DNA of 64,000 bases from Octopus sinensis (taxonomy: Eukaryota). The stretch lies in NCBI RefSeq assembly GCF_006345805.1, contig NC_043000.1, forward strand, positions 147,126,001 to 147,190,000. Reading direction: 5' to 3'. Of the stretch, positions 12,853 through 24,602 are shown in pieces (positions within the stretch are counted from its first letter, which is position 1; each line of letters opens with the position of its first letter). The notes below the pieces were generated by a model. The model made no database searches, was not told the origin of the DNA, and saw only the letters and a program-made list of their open reading frames with translations. The position numbers were made by a program, and so were the translations under genes.

Positions 12853-13618
12853 AGTTATATAGTCAGGTTATTATTAATCAAAATACTAGGCATTAAACGA
12901 TGGAATAAATACAGTGTTATAGTTTGGGGCATATACATACATTACAAAGTTTACACATTTCCTGTCCTGTACATAATGGGTTTTTTCATGCTTTCGCGCA
13001 TAATGCATACTTTCGCAAGTTATGCATATTTTATTCTTTCCATGGTCATCGAAAAACTCTTTTCCAGTTGGAATTCAAATATTCTAATTTCGATTGTATC
13101 ATGCATGTATTCGCTGCTCCTCTCAACAATAGAATATGCTGGAACTAAAGCGGTAATGACGTCACATCAGTAACTCTGAAAACTCGGGAAGTCGCGTGAA
13201 GATACTGGCAATGAAAACTATACGGAAATTTCGATAACAGAACCGTTGGGGTTTATTAATTCAGCAATCAACAGATTGAGTTGTGGATACAGAAATGTGT
13301 TGATGCTAAGTTGCTGGAATAAAGAATTGCCTGCGGCGGAATGACGTGAAACCGGTTTCATCAACGTACGTATTAGAAGACAATTAAAGCGAAAACATTC
13401 ATATTTTCTATCTCTTCTACATTCATTTCTATTTCCATTTTCTTTATTTCCCTCATGTTCCATTCCTACATTTGGAACATGTTGTGTGAAAAGCTTGTGT
13501 AAATAACAGGACGAAGCGCTTTGTTTCATTAAATCAGAATCGTTGCACCCTGCTGGATAATACATGCGGATGCGTACAAATATACAAATACACAAATATA
13601 CACATATTTCATACAAAT

Positions 13619-13934
13619 GCGTGGCTTAGTGGTTAGGGCATTCGGCTCGCGTTTGTAAGGTCGTGAGTTCGATTACCGGCGACGCGTTGTGTCCTTGAGC
13701 AAGACACTTTATTTCACCTTGCTCCAGTCCACTCAGCTGGCAAAAATGAGATGTGCCTGTATTTCAAAGGGCCGGCCTTGTCACACTCTGGGTCACGCTG
13801 AATCTCCCTGAGAATTACGTTGCGGGTACGCGTGTCTGTGGATTGCTCAACCACTTGCATGGTAATTTCACGAGCAGGCTGTTCCGTTGATCGTATCAGC
13901 TGGGGCCCTCGTCGTCGTAACCGACGGAGTGCTC
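13619..13934 (+). mobile_element. tRNA-derived SINE family C
   Basis: GCGTGGCTTAGTGGTTAGGG...GAGTTCGATT, central GTTGTGTCCTTGAGCAAGACAC, tail CCCTCGTCGTCGTAACCGACGGAGT. Confidence 0.9.
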
Positions 13935-14049
13935 TTTTTTTTATATGCAAATACATATGTATGCATGTGTGTATGTATGCGCGTATATATATGTATTATA
14001 TGTATGTATATATATATATATATATAATATATATATTTATATATATAAA

Positions 14050-14097
<48 letters not shown>

Positions 14098-14349
14098 ATA
14101 TATATGCACACATACATTTGTATGTGTATGTATTTGTTGTGCTTGTTTGTATACGTATACGTATGTTTGTATGTGTTTGCATACATGTATATATCCTCAT
14201 ACATCCGTAGTTTCGTGCAAACATGCACAAGCAGATACATGCGCATATACACACACACACAAAAATCACAGATGTTGCATTTTATTCCATTCATTTTACT
14301 GAATATTTTCCAGCAGACTGCTTTGTCTTTTTTTTTTCTTCTGTATGTC

Positions 14350-14625
14350 ATTGTTATTTTAGGTGACTGTGAGTACAGGGCTGACACAGACACCCCACCT
14401 CGGCCCTTCTGCTCATAACCCTGCGGAACATCGAGGATGTGACAAATGGAGGTAGAAAGGAGTTGTACCAGTCGAATGAGGGTGTAGCCCTCTCTCATCT
14501 TCAGCTGAATACACTGGAGTAACATGAAGAGCTTTACTCAAAGGCATGATGGGTCACCCTACCAGGGACTGAACCACGAGTCTGACGATCATGAGGCCAA
14601 TGTCCTAACATCGAAGATGACTTTA
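14350..14625 (-). mobile_element. Old diverged SINE
   Basis: The minus strand starts with a tRNA-like head (GTTAGGACATTGGCCTCATGATCGTCAGACTCGTGGTTCAGTCCC). Confidence 0.5.
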
Positions 14626-14639
14626 AGCAAGTGATTATC

Positions 14640-14960
14640 TTCTATGCGTACCACATGGGCCAACCTACTTCAATTGCGCTATAATAAGGAGGCTTTCTAT
14701 ATCTAGAATGTCACATTTTGCACGCATTGGGGAAATTTTTCCGACCACTTGATGTTGCAAGTTAAACGAAAGTAGTAGAAATGGAATGTGTCTTGCCTTA
14801 ATATAGCGACTATTGTGTGTCCATGTTTTACAAACATATAGAAGAGAAGTAGGCACAACTGCTCGGCACACCTTGTTGCCATGCAGATGCCATGACCTTT
14901 CTAGAGTTTGTGCTGGAGTCTACGGAAAGTTGAACTTGGCTTAGACATTCTTTGGGTAGT
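14640..14960 (-). mobile_element. Decayed RTE fragment
   Basis: RAVVPTSLLYVCKTWT...IESLLIIAQLK, the RTE YxAVVxxxLLYxxETW region. Confidence 0.7.
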
Positions 14961-15009
14961 TTACACAAAAATTTGAATAGCATCCATCGTTAGTCAATCT
15001 TAAAGGAAT

Positions 15010-15335
15010 ATTGCTCTTATACGACAATGCAATATCGCTCAAGAAAATATTGCCATTTAAGAAAATATTATGACACTTTACATGACAATTTTTTCTTCAT
15101 CTTCCTTGCTCTCATGACCTTGCACAATCTGACTCATCTTATCAGATCATAGCAACATTTTTTTACAAGGAAAACTGCTTATCAATTTGTGAAGAGGTTA
15201 AAAATGATATTGCGTGTTTCTTTCCTTCGAAACCTAAATAATTTTATGCCCGAGAGATCAACAATTTGCCAAATAGATGGGATTATGTTCTCAATAATGA
15301 GGGGAATATTGACTTGATTAAATATATCAATTAAA
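15010..15335 (+). mobile_element. Decayed mariner transposase C-terminal fragment
   Basis: HLPCSHDLAQSD...EVKNDIACFFPSKP...REINNLPNRWDYVLNNEG, a degenerate YSPDLAPSD / GIxxLPxRW pattern. Confidence 0.65.
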
Positions 15336-15402
15336 ACCTAAGAACCATTTGTTTATGTCTTTTCTTGATATGCGAAAGGACTTACTTTTCAACATATATA
15401 TA

Positions 15403-15443
<41 letters not shown>

Positions 15444-16021
15444 TATATATATAATGATATGTAAATGTAAGATCCAAGGATCCAGACGTAGGAAGTTAGT
15501 AAGCTTCGATCAGTCTGTAAAAGGTATAAAAAGACAACTTTCAGAAACAATAGTTGTTTATCGGCGTAGACGGTTGTACATTTTCTCATATCGAAATTCG
15601 ATAAGCTGAAAACAGTTTATTTCATAGTTCACGGTTTTCAATACATTCATGGCCTTTCAACCAGCTTAACCAAGCTGGTTGAAATACCCTGAACGAAGCT
15701 GCACAGAAAATTATGTCTGGTTGCATATGCAACTGCCCATACCCTGCGGAGAGGCAACACGTGTAGGTCATCGTAACCACAAAAATATAGTGTATGACGA
15801 ATAATAAAAGGAAATAAAGGTTGAGGATGTACCAGTCTCTATATTTTCTACTGTTACAACTATTGCTTACATATATAATTTGATCGACTAAAGGCAATGC
15901 TCCAGCATGTCCACAGTCACATGACTGAAACAAGTAAAAGATAGAAAAAGAGAAAGAGATATGGTGAAATTGATTTAATACCAAATTGAATTTTTCCCTG
16001 TAAGTTTGGAGTTATACTCCC

Positions 16022-16061
<40 letters not shown>

Positions 16062-16081
16062 ATATATATACATTTACATAT

Positions 16082-16173
<92 letters not shown>

Positions 16174-16254
16174 CATACGTACATATATATATATTATATA
16201 TAATTTATATATATATGTACGTATGTATATAGATAGATATGATTGATTGATTGA

Positions 16255-16534
16255 TTGATTGATTGATTCCAGTTTCAGCTCATGAGCTGTGGCCATGCTG
16301 GGGCACCGCCATTTGGTTGTGTTGCTACTTGGTTTCACTTCATGGAGGCTTTCTAGCAACTGCTATTGTGCATAGAGAGTTCGATGCAGGTGCCCTCATC
16401 TGCCCCTCCTGCCGTGAAGTTGGTTCATCTGGGACACCTGACAGGAAGAGATCCAGCTCATTTTAAAGACATCTGTATCCACCCCATGCAGGTCTCTCAG
16501 GTTCATCGGGAGGATATTGAAGAGCTGTGGCCAT
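16255..16534 (-). mobile_element. CR1-group LINE 3' fragment with (ATCA)n tail
   Basis: QLFNILPMNLRDLHGVDTDVFK..LDLFLSGVPDEP...RAPASNSL; tail GGCGGTGCCCCAGCATGGCCACAGCTCATGAGCTGAAAC. Confidence 0.8.
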
Positions 16535-16559
16535 AATATATATATTATATATTAATATG

Positions 16560-19500
16560 TAAATGTAAGTACGTTTTCATTTAACTACAAATTGTTATAC
16601 CACCTGTTTTTCTTTTAATATCCTCAAACAACCAAATAATCAAAAAAAACTCACACCCTTAAGAGAGAACATTTATATATAATATACACTTCTTTAACTC
16701 CCAAGAAAGAATATATATATTTTCAAAAATCAAAAGGAAAACAAACAAAGAAAAACAAACATGACTAACTTGCAGGCCTGCAACAGACGAAATTGGTCTG
16801 ATAACGAAATTGATGTTTTAAAAAACATGGCTCTCTCTTTCCCAAACAGAAAATCTAAATGTCTTGTGTTTGAATGAGATTGCCGAAAAAACATCACAAG
16901 TGGTCAAAACACGATCCGTCAAACAGATTCGTAGCAAGTTGAAACATATCGAAGTATCTTTCAAACTGATAAGAGGCCATTATGAAAAGCTTCTACATAT
17001 TTTCACAGTTCAAGAACAACAACAGCTAGAAAATCAGCAGCCACAACAACAACAACAACAGAATGAGCCACTCCTTGTTCCCAGCACAATGGCTGACCCT
17101 GACATCGGTCAGGCGCAACAACAACAACAACAGCCACAGCAACAGAACAACAGCCACTCCTCAACTCTAGCTTACTAGACGATTCACTAAATGCCAGTAT
17201 CTTTTCACCGCTCTCACAGCAACCACCACAATTATCATCATCATCATCACCACCGCTGCCACCATCGTCTTCTATCACCAAAAATACCAACAGAAAACCA
17301 AATAAGAAACCACTGCCCTCTCCCCACATCACCACCTCAATACTACTGCAGTAACAAAAACTTAAAGAAACATAGGAAGCAGAATGCGCCCCCACGGCTC
17401 AAACAAGAAATCCCCAAATATGCCGCTATTCACTGCGCCAGAGACTCTGCACAAATAGTGACTGCATCTTCACGCATCTACCCGGCACTAGACGCACTAC
17501 CGGCCAAGGCCGAAGCACGCATCCCACAATAACATCAACACCACCAAATAGTAAATCGAAATTCAAAACACACACAACTCGGAGTCCCAAAATCTGCCGG
17601 TATTCCCAACGTGAGAGAACATGTCTACTGAGTGACTGTCCCTTCACTCATCTTCCAGGGACCCGACGCACAAACAGAAACGGGGCCTCAAGCCAACACA
17701 CAAACCTGAATAACAAAAAAAATAGAAACACACCATGCTGCAGTAATGCTGGTCCAGTCTTTTCAGGAAGACACAAAACAACAACAACAAAAGTGGAAAC
17801 TACAACCCTATCCAACAGTGCAACCACACCTCCAGCCAAAAACTGCTCCCTAAGCAGGAAATTCTTTTTTAGCCATGTTGAACATGGCAAAAGAGATACA
17901 CAAAAACATTCTAGCCATCACTCAACACCATCCTATGCTATTACCCCAGTGCACCAATTCCCCACATTGCTGCCACTAACACACACAAAAAATCCAAGCC
18001 CCTGCAACAGTCAAAACCAGCCACTACACTAACCTCCACATTCCTACTCAATGCACAAGGTGTCAGCCCTTCCATCAATGCACAAAAATGGAAGGTCCAA
18101 TTCATTGAAGACTGGGTTGGTAACCATTCACACCACATCCCTTTCTTCATTCTCACTGAGACCACCTTGACAACTCCCACTTGGAAGCCGAAGTGAGAGT
18201 GAAGAATTTCACAACCATCCGCGCGGATCGTATCGGCAGGAGGAAGGGTGGAACTGCCATTTTCTGCATGATTCATTTACGGCAGATGGAAATAGTATAT
18301 TCTCCAACGGCTACTGTGAATCAGTCACCGTGCACAACAAAGCCAATGACCTGACAGTAATTGGGCTCTATAGGCCGCCCCAACACCCATACTGTGCTTT
18401 AAAGAATGCCTCAACAGCATTAAGTGCTTTATTCAACAGTGCCATTCTAGCAACATACTCATGATGGGAGACTTCAATCTACCCTGTGTTGACTGGACTA
18501 CAAACTGTTTGAAACCAAGCACTCCCGCCTCAACCGCTGACAAAGAAGCAGCAGAGTCACTTTTCGACTTTACGAATGAGTTTTCTTTGTCCCAACTTGT
18601 CCTTGCACCAACAAGACATCAGAACATTTTGGACCTAGTGTTTAGTAACCACACTAACACTATACATAACGTTACAGTGGAAAAAACCCTTCTTTCAGAC
18701 CATGACATGGTTCTCTGTAACATGAAATTCCACCAGCCGAAAGCTAATCCTAGTGACCTTCCTCCAGCTCACCCATTTGACAACATGGATCTCCATAAAG
18801 CCAACTGGGATGCAATCAGGAACGAGCTATCAAATGTTGACTGGTCCTTTACACATACACACATCTCCACCAACCATAAAACATCTTGGCAGATCTTGTA
18901 GACACCGTCACAGACATATGTGCAAAACACTCCCCACCAAGACCTGTGAAAAAAGTGCAGAATCCCCCAAAACAGAAAAACATTATCAGAAAAATAAAAA
19001 GAACAAACAAAAAAATTAACAAACTAAAGTACTGCCAACAGCAACACACACATTCGACGGCTATCGCACTGCTTGAATCCAAAAAATATAACCTCCAACA
19101 ATGCATGAAGACCCTCATCAATAACCAAAGATCAGCTGAGGAGAAGTGGGCCATTGAAAAAATCAAACTCAACCCCAAAGTGTTCTTTTCATTTGCGAGG
19201 AATGCAGGGTCACTGTCTCCACTGTAGGCCCTCTAATTGACGAAACTGGCACTCTCCAAGAATGCCAAATCCATGGCCGAGATACTGCAGAAAAACATAC
19301 TGCTCTGTTTTCAGCAATCCTGATATGGCCGATCTGGGCTGTAACAGTGATGTCAACCCCCAACACACTATATCGGACATAACGTTTAGTGCCCCTGATG
19401 TCTTAGCGGCGATAAACGAAATAAAACACAATTCAGCAGTAGGCCCCGATAGGTTCCCTGCTTGTGTCCTGAAGGTGTGTCGACACCAACTTGCATCTCC

Positions 19501-21068
19501 CCTTGCTAATCTGTGGAGAAACTCACTGGATGCTGGCTATATTCCAAAAAACCTTCTGTCCCAGTCTGTTGTCCCAGTTTTCAAAAAGGGAAACAAGTCC
19601 CTTGCAGTGAATTACCGTCCGATCTCACTCACCTCTCATATCATCAAGGTATTTGAGAGGGTGGTGAGATCTCGAATAACCCAATTTCTGGAAAGCAACA
19701 GACGGCTGATCTCCAACCAACATGGGTTCTGTAATGGAAGGGACTGCCTAACGCAGCTCCTGCATCACTTTGAGGACATTTTGAGAGCTTTGGGAGAGGG
19801 TCCAACACCGATGTCATCTACCTTGATTTCAGTAAGGCCTTCGACAGGGTCGATCACAAGATCCTATTGAAAAAACTATCCAACATTGGTGTCTCTGGAA
19901 AATTACTGAAATGGATTAAGTGTTTCCTGACAGACAGATCTCAACATGTTGTAGTTGAAGGGGTAAAATCAAGCCCAGCCAAAGTCAGTAGTGGCGTTCC
20001 GCAAGGCACTGTGCTGGGCCCACTTCTTTTCATCATTTACATTAATGACATTAATGACATCATCAAGCACAGCAACATAAAAATCTTTGCAGATGACTCC
20101 AAGCTACAGAAGGTCATAATGAGGCGAGTGCGAGTGACCGGACATGCCTTCAGTCAGATCTACTGGCTGTTATCCAATGGGCAGAAAAAAACAATATGCT
20201 GCTGAACGAGGATAAATTTGAGCTAATCCACTTTGGAAAAGAGGATGCCCTGAAACTCCCATACTCCCTTCCTTCAGGTGAAACTCTCGCGGCGTCCAAC
20301 AACATCAGAGACTTGGGAGTAATTGTGGACAACAACGTAAGCTGGGCCACTCATATAAACACCAAAGTTGACATGGCCCGCAGAATGTGTTCCTGGATTC
20401 TCAGAACTTTTCAGTCGAGAGAGATATCCACACCATTATCCTTCTCTTCTCCACTTTTGCCCGACCCCACCTTGAATACTGTTGTCCACTGTGGTCTCCC
20501 CACACAATACAAGGTATCATAAAAGTTGAAGCACCTCAAAGGGCAATCACAAAAAAGATAGATGGCATGACAGGCCTCGACTATTGGGGTCGACTAGAAA
20601 AGCTAAAACTCTATTCTCTCCAACGTCGTCGTGAGCGCTACATCATCTGCATGATGTGGAAAATATTCCATCAGCATTGCCCAAATGATGTTGGCATCAC
20701 CTTTAAGGTACATCCAAGGCTTGGGCCCCGTGCCATCCGCCCAAAACAAAAATCGCACTCTCATCTCATAACAACAATACGGCACAATTATTTCACCTCA
20801 ATGGCCCCGCTCTCTTTAACATTACACCAAAACACATTAAAACAGAAACTGACCCTATAGGGTTCAAGAAGTCTTTGGACAGATTCCTTCAGAAATCCCG
20901 GATAAACCCCCTACACCCGGATATGTCTCTGTAAACAATAACTCTCTACTTGAGTGGGCCATAGTGCCCAAATTCTGACTTGAAAGACTTCACCAGGTGG
21001 TGCTATTAGTTAGACATGGCCTGGGCCAATAATGGCCGAAACCTATCAAAGTATCAAAGTATCAAAGT
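16560..21068 (+). mobile_element. Near full-length CR1-group LINE (ORF1, APE endonuclease, RT), disrupted by frameshifts
   Basis: APE motifs LLNAQG, FILTET, GLYRPP, MGDFNLP, PTRHQNILDLVF (~18035-18700); RT motifs VPVFKKG, NYRPISLTS, QHGF, DFSKAFD, GVPQGTVLGPLLF, FADD (~19550-20110); 3' tandem tail (ATCAAAGT)3. Confidence 0.95.
16761..17178 (+). pseudogene. LINE ORF1 N-terminal part: Myb/SANT-like helix-turn-helix plus a poly-Q region (1-nt frameshift near 16860)
   Basis: ATG 16761 MTNLQACNRRNWSDNEIDVLKNMALSFPNRKSK, continuing in the shifted frame CLNEIAEKTSQVVKTRSVKQIRSKLKHIE, then Q-rich sequence. Confidence 0.6.
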
Positions 21069-21147
21069 ATATATATATTGCATATATATATATATATATA
21101 TATACATATATATGTACGTATGTATGTATTCACGTATATGTATATGT

Positions 21148-21204
<57 letters not shown>

Positions 21205-21280
21205 GGAGTATAACTACAAACTTACAGGGAAAAATCAATTTAGATTAAATCAAATTTCACAATATCTCTTTCTCTTTTTC

Positions 21281-21658
21281 TCTCTTTTACTTGTTTCAGT
21301 CATGTGACTGTGGCCATGCTAGAGCATTGCCTTTAGTCGATCAAATCGACCCCAGGACTTATTCTATCTGTCTCTTTTGCCGAGCCGCTAAGTTACGGGG
21401 GCGTAAACACACTGCCATCGGTTGTCAAGCGATGTTGGGGGACAAACACGGACACACAAACACACACACATATAGATATACATATACATATATACGATGG
21501 GCTTCTTTCAGTTTCCGTCTACCAAATCCACTCACAAGGCTTTGGTCAGCCCGAGGCTATAGTAGAAGACACTTGCCCCAGGTGCCACGCAGTGGGACTG
21601 AACTCGGAACCATGTGGTTTGTAAGCAAGCTACTTACCACACAGCCACTCCTGCGCCT
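21281..21658 (-). mobile_element. SINE family A
   Basis: Homologous along its length to 3991-4401. Confidence 0.92.
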
Positions 21659-21677
21659 ATATAAATATATAAAAGAT

Positions 21678-21980
21678 ATAAATTAGAGAAAAACCACCAT
21701 TATGCAATTCAAACAATGATGGACATAAACGAAATCATAAATAAAAAATAAAATATATTTTAAAACATATAACTAGATCACAAAAAGTACAAAAATTAAT
21801 AAACAATATATAATAAGTATATAACAAGTAATATAATACTTATTATATATTGTTTATTCATTTTTGTACTTTTTGTGATTTAGTTATATGTTTTGAAATA
21901 TATTTTATTTTTTATTTATGATTTGGTTTATGCCTATCATTGTTTTAATTGCATAATAGTGGTTTCTCTCAAATTTATAT
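21678..21980. repeat. Long AT-rich foldback (arms ~143 bp, loop ~15 nt)
   Basis: 21678-21820 is the reverse complement of 21836-21980 with scattered mismatches. Confidence 0.9.
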
Positions 21981-21998
21981 ATATGATTATATATATAT

Positions 21999-22048
<50 letters not shown>

Positions 22049-23542
22049 ATATATGTATGCATGTATGCATAAGAATATATTTCATTTTTGCCTTCTTTAC
22101 AAGTGTACTTTAAAAATTTTCCACTTGATAATCTTTTAATATTTTGAAATCATAAAATACATAAATATGCAATACCTTCTATCCTCGAAATACATTTCTA
22201 TCTCCACACTTGAACTCATTGTATTAGCAATGCAAGACACTTTTTTTTTTTTTACTATTGCAGTACGTTTAAATAGATAAATTCACTTCACTAAATGTTA
22301 TTGTTGTTTTTCTCTGTGCCAGCCTTGACCTAAGAGATATTCTGGAAAGCATAAACTTCCTTTGTATTTACTATCATTGTTGATCATTTAACACACATTT
22401 TGGCGCGCGTGCGCGTGTACACACATACGCTAAATTCTCACATTATTTTTCACAAGCTCATTTCTTTCGGAAGTTTCTTTTGTTTACTTTTATCTACGAA
22501 ACGTTTCACTGAGATATCATTTGTGTGACTTGAAGTCGCCATAAGCTTTTATATTTGAGACTAAAAGCTTTGTAAACAAATATTACAATTACAAGACAAA
22601 CAGTTGTGTTTCGGAATAGCTGTAATACGGCCAGAAATTTACATCATTCGTCACATCACTTGTGTTCGAGATTTATTGTTATTTACACACTTATGCTGTC
22701 TCAGCGACTGATATTGACAAAAAAAAGTAATAAGAAAGAAAATGGAAGACGCCTCTTTTCTTAGCAAGTAAGAAAAGTATTTTGTTATGGAAGAGAAAAG
22801 AAATTATTTTCTATTGCAAAACGAAAGACGCTGCTACAAGATGGAATATATCTGACGATGGTTTTGTCAACAAACTCTGAAATTGTTAACTGCATTAATA
22901 TAACAGTCATATTTGTTCTGGCTCAAAGACAAAAAAGAATCAAATTGGAAAAAATGGTTTCATTTGCATTCATATATTTACAATTATTAATAGAAACTTC
23001 AAAAGAAAAGTTACGTTTTACAGACCAAATGTTGCTACAAAAGGATTGTGATTTGCTTGTGTCTTAATTCAGCTAATATGTCCTATACAAAATTAGTTTA
23101 TTTAGTAAATAGATTTACTGCATGGATTCTCCGAATTGTTTATAATACATTCCTACTCCCTCTTCTCTTGAGATGGTGAGTCTGAAAATCTATAGTGTCA
23201 CTTTTGCCTTCATATGATATTCCCAGAACGCCTAGACTGACAGATCTCCAAGCAGTTTGCATGATTGAAGCCGAAATCACTCCCCTTATCTAAAGAAACG
23301 CATGTTAATTAGAAAACGATTACATTACAAGAGGAGATAAACTGTTTTTGTGGATAGGAAGCGAACTTCTTAACTACAGAGTAATGCATGCATCCATCAT
23401 TGCAAATTCGTTTTCTGTGTTATTATAAACTTTTATTTTGTATATACATATAAATATTGTGCGGGGATACGTGCGTCTGTGTGGGAGTGTATGTTTGTGT
23501 GTGTGTGTATAAATATGTATGTGTTTTATATATATATATATA

Positions 23543-23581
<39 letters not shown>

Positions 23582-23586
<5 letters not shown>

Positions 23587-23764
23587 ATCCAAACATGAAA
23601 AGACGTGGAACAAGTATAGTGTCATTGGACGCTCAGGAAAGGAAAAAAAGAAGGAGGATTTAAAGTTTCGAGCGGAGCTCTTCGTCAGAAACAGAGAAAA
23701 AAGAAAGGTCCAAGAAAGGAAAGACGGAAAAAGAAAATCGCCAACGATACACACGCGGTCACAT
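23582..23764 (-). mobile_element. ~185-bp non-autonomous hammerhead-containing element ending at (TA)n
   Basis: Same 5' end (TGTGACC.CGT.TGTATC) and 3' end (TGTTTGGATTAACT + TA repeats) as 58584-58785. Confidence 0.8.
23659..23692 (-). ncRNA. Minimal type I hammerhead ribozyme motif with mutated cleavage triplet
   Basis: GTTT-CTGACGA-A-GAGC-TCC-GCTC-GAAA-C-TTT-AAA; core intact, G16.2 changed to T. Confidence 0.7.
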
Positions 23765-23795
23765 ATTGAATATATATACATACATATATATATAT

Positions 23796-23826
<31 letters not shown>

Positions 23827-23957
23827 AATCACAGTCGAACACATACACACGAGGTGGTGTGTTGTTAGTTTGTCGGGCCAAGTGATACAACTCAAATCAT
23901 ATCCCTCTTTTCGGAGCGACAGAAATCGATGATTCGTCAAAAAACCCTGTTCGGTAC

Positions 23958-24004
23958 GTAACATCAACAAGTCAAAAAGTTGACGAAACATCAATGTCTG
24001 TCAC
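23958..24004 (+). ncRNA. Decayed type I hammerhead motif
   Basis: GTAACA-[TCAACAA]-GTCAA-AAAG-TTGAC-GAAA-CAT-CA-ATG-TC-TGTCAC; all three stems form, and the 7-nt core differs from CTGANGA by four transitions. Confidence 0.5.
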
Positions 24005-24179
24005 TCGGAGAAAAGAGATTTGGTGTGAGTTGTTTTGCTTGGCTGTGACTTGCTTTCGGGTGTTTTTACACCAAGGGTATTGAAAATATATTCTCTTACG
24101 CCTACAAATTGCAGCCGCCTGACTAGCAACACACACAAACTTCGTGTGTGTGTGTTTATATACCTCGATTTGCTTCTAA

Positions 24180-24213
<34 letters not shown>

Positions 24214-24216
<3 letters not shown>

Positions 24217-24342
24217 TGGTTTTAAATTGATATTAATTAAATTAATATTTAATTTATCTCCCTCATTATTTATATATATATATATAAATAATGAGGGAGA
24301 TAATTGAATATTAATTTAATTAATATCAATTTAAAACCAGTA
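24214..24342. repeat. Foldback with (TA)n centre
   Basis: TACTGGTTTTAAATTGATATT...CTCCCTCATTATT / reverse complement; one arm recurs at ~61255-61302. Confidence 0.9.
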
Positions 24343-24382
24343 GCCTAGCATACAAAAATCTGGAAAATCAGAGAAAATTCTA

Positions 24383-24497
24383 ATACATGTGTATATTTTA
24401 AGGGCTAAAAACCACTATGTGGACAGCCATAGGTGATCTATTTCTAGCATATGGCTGTCCACATAGTGGTTTTCAGCCTTAAAATATACACATGTAT
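24383..24497. repeat. Second adjacent foldback (arms ~48 bp, 18-nt loop)
   Basis: ATACATGTGTATATTTTAAGG...GTGGACAGCCATA / TATGGCTGTCCAC...CCTTAAAATATACACATGTAT. Confidence 0.9.
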
Positions 24498-24509
24498 ATA
24501 TATATATAC

Positions 24510-24599
<90 letters not shown>

Positions 24600-24602
<3 letters not shown>

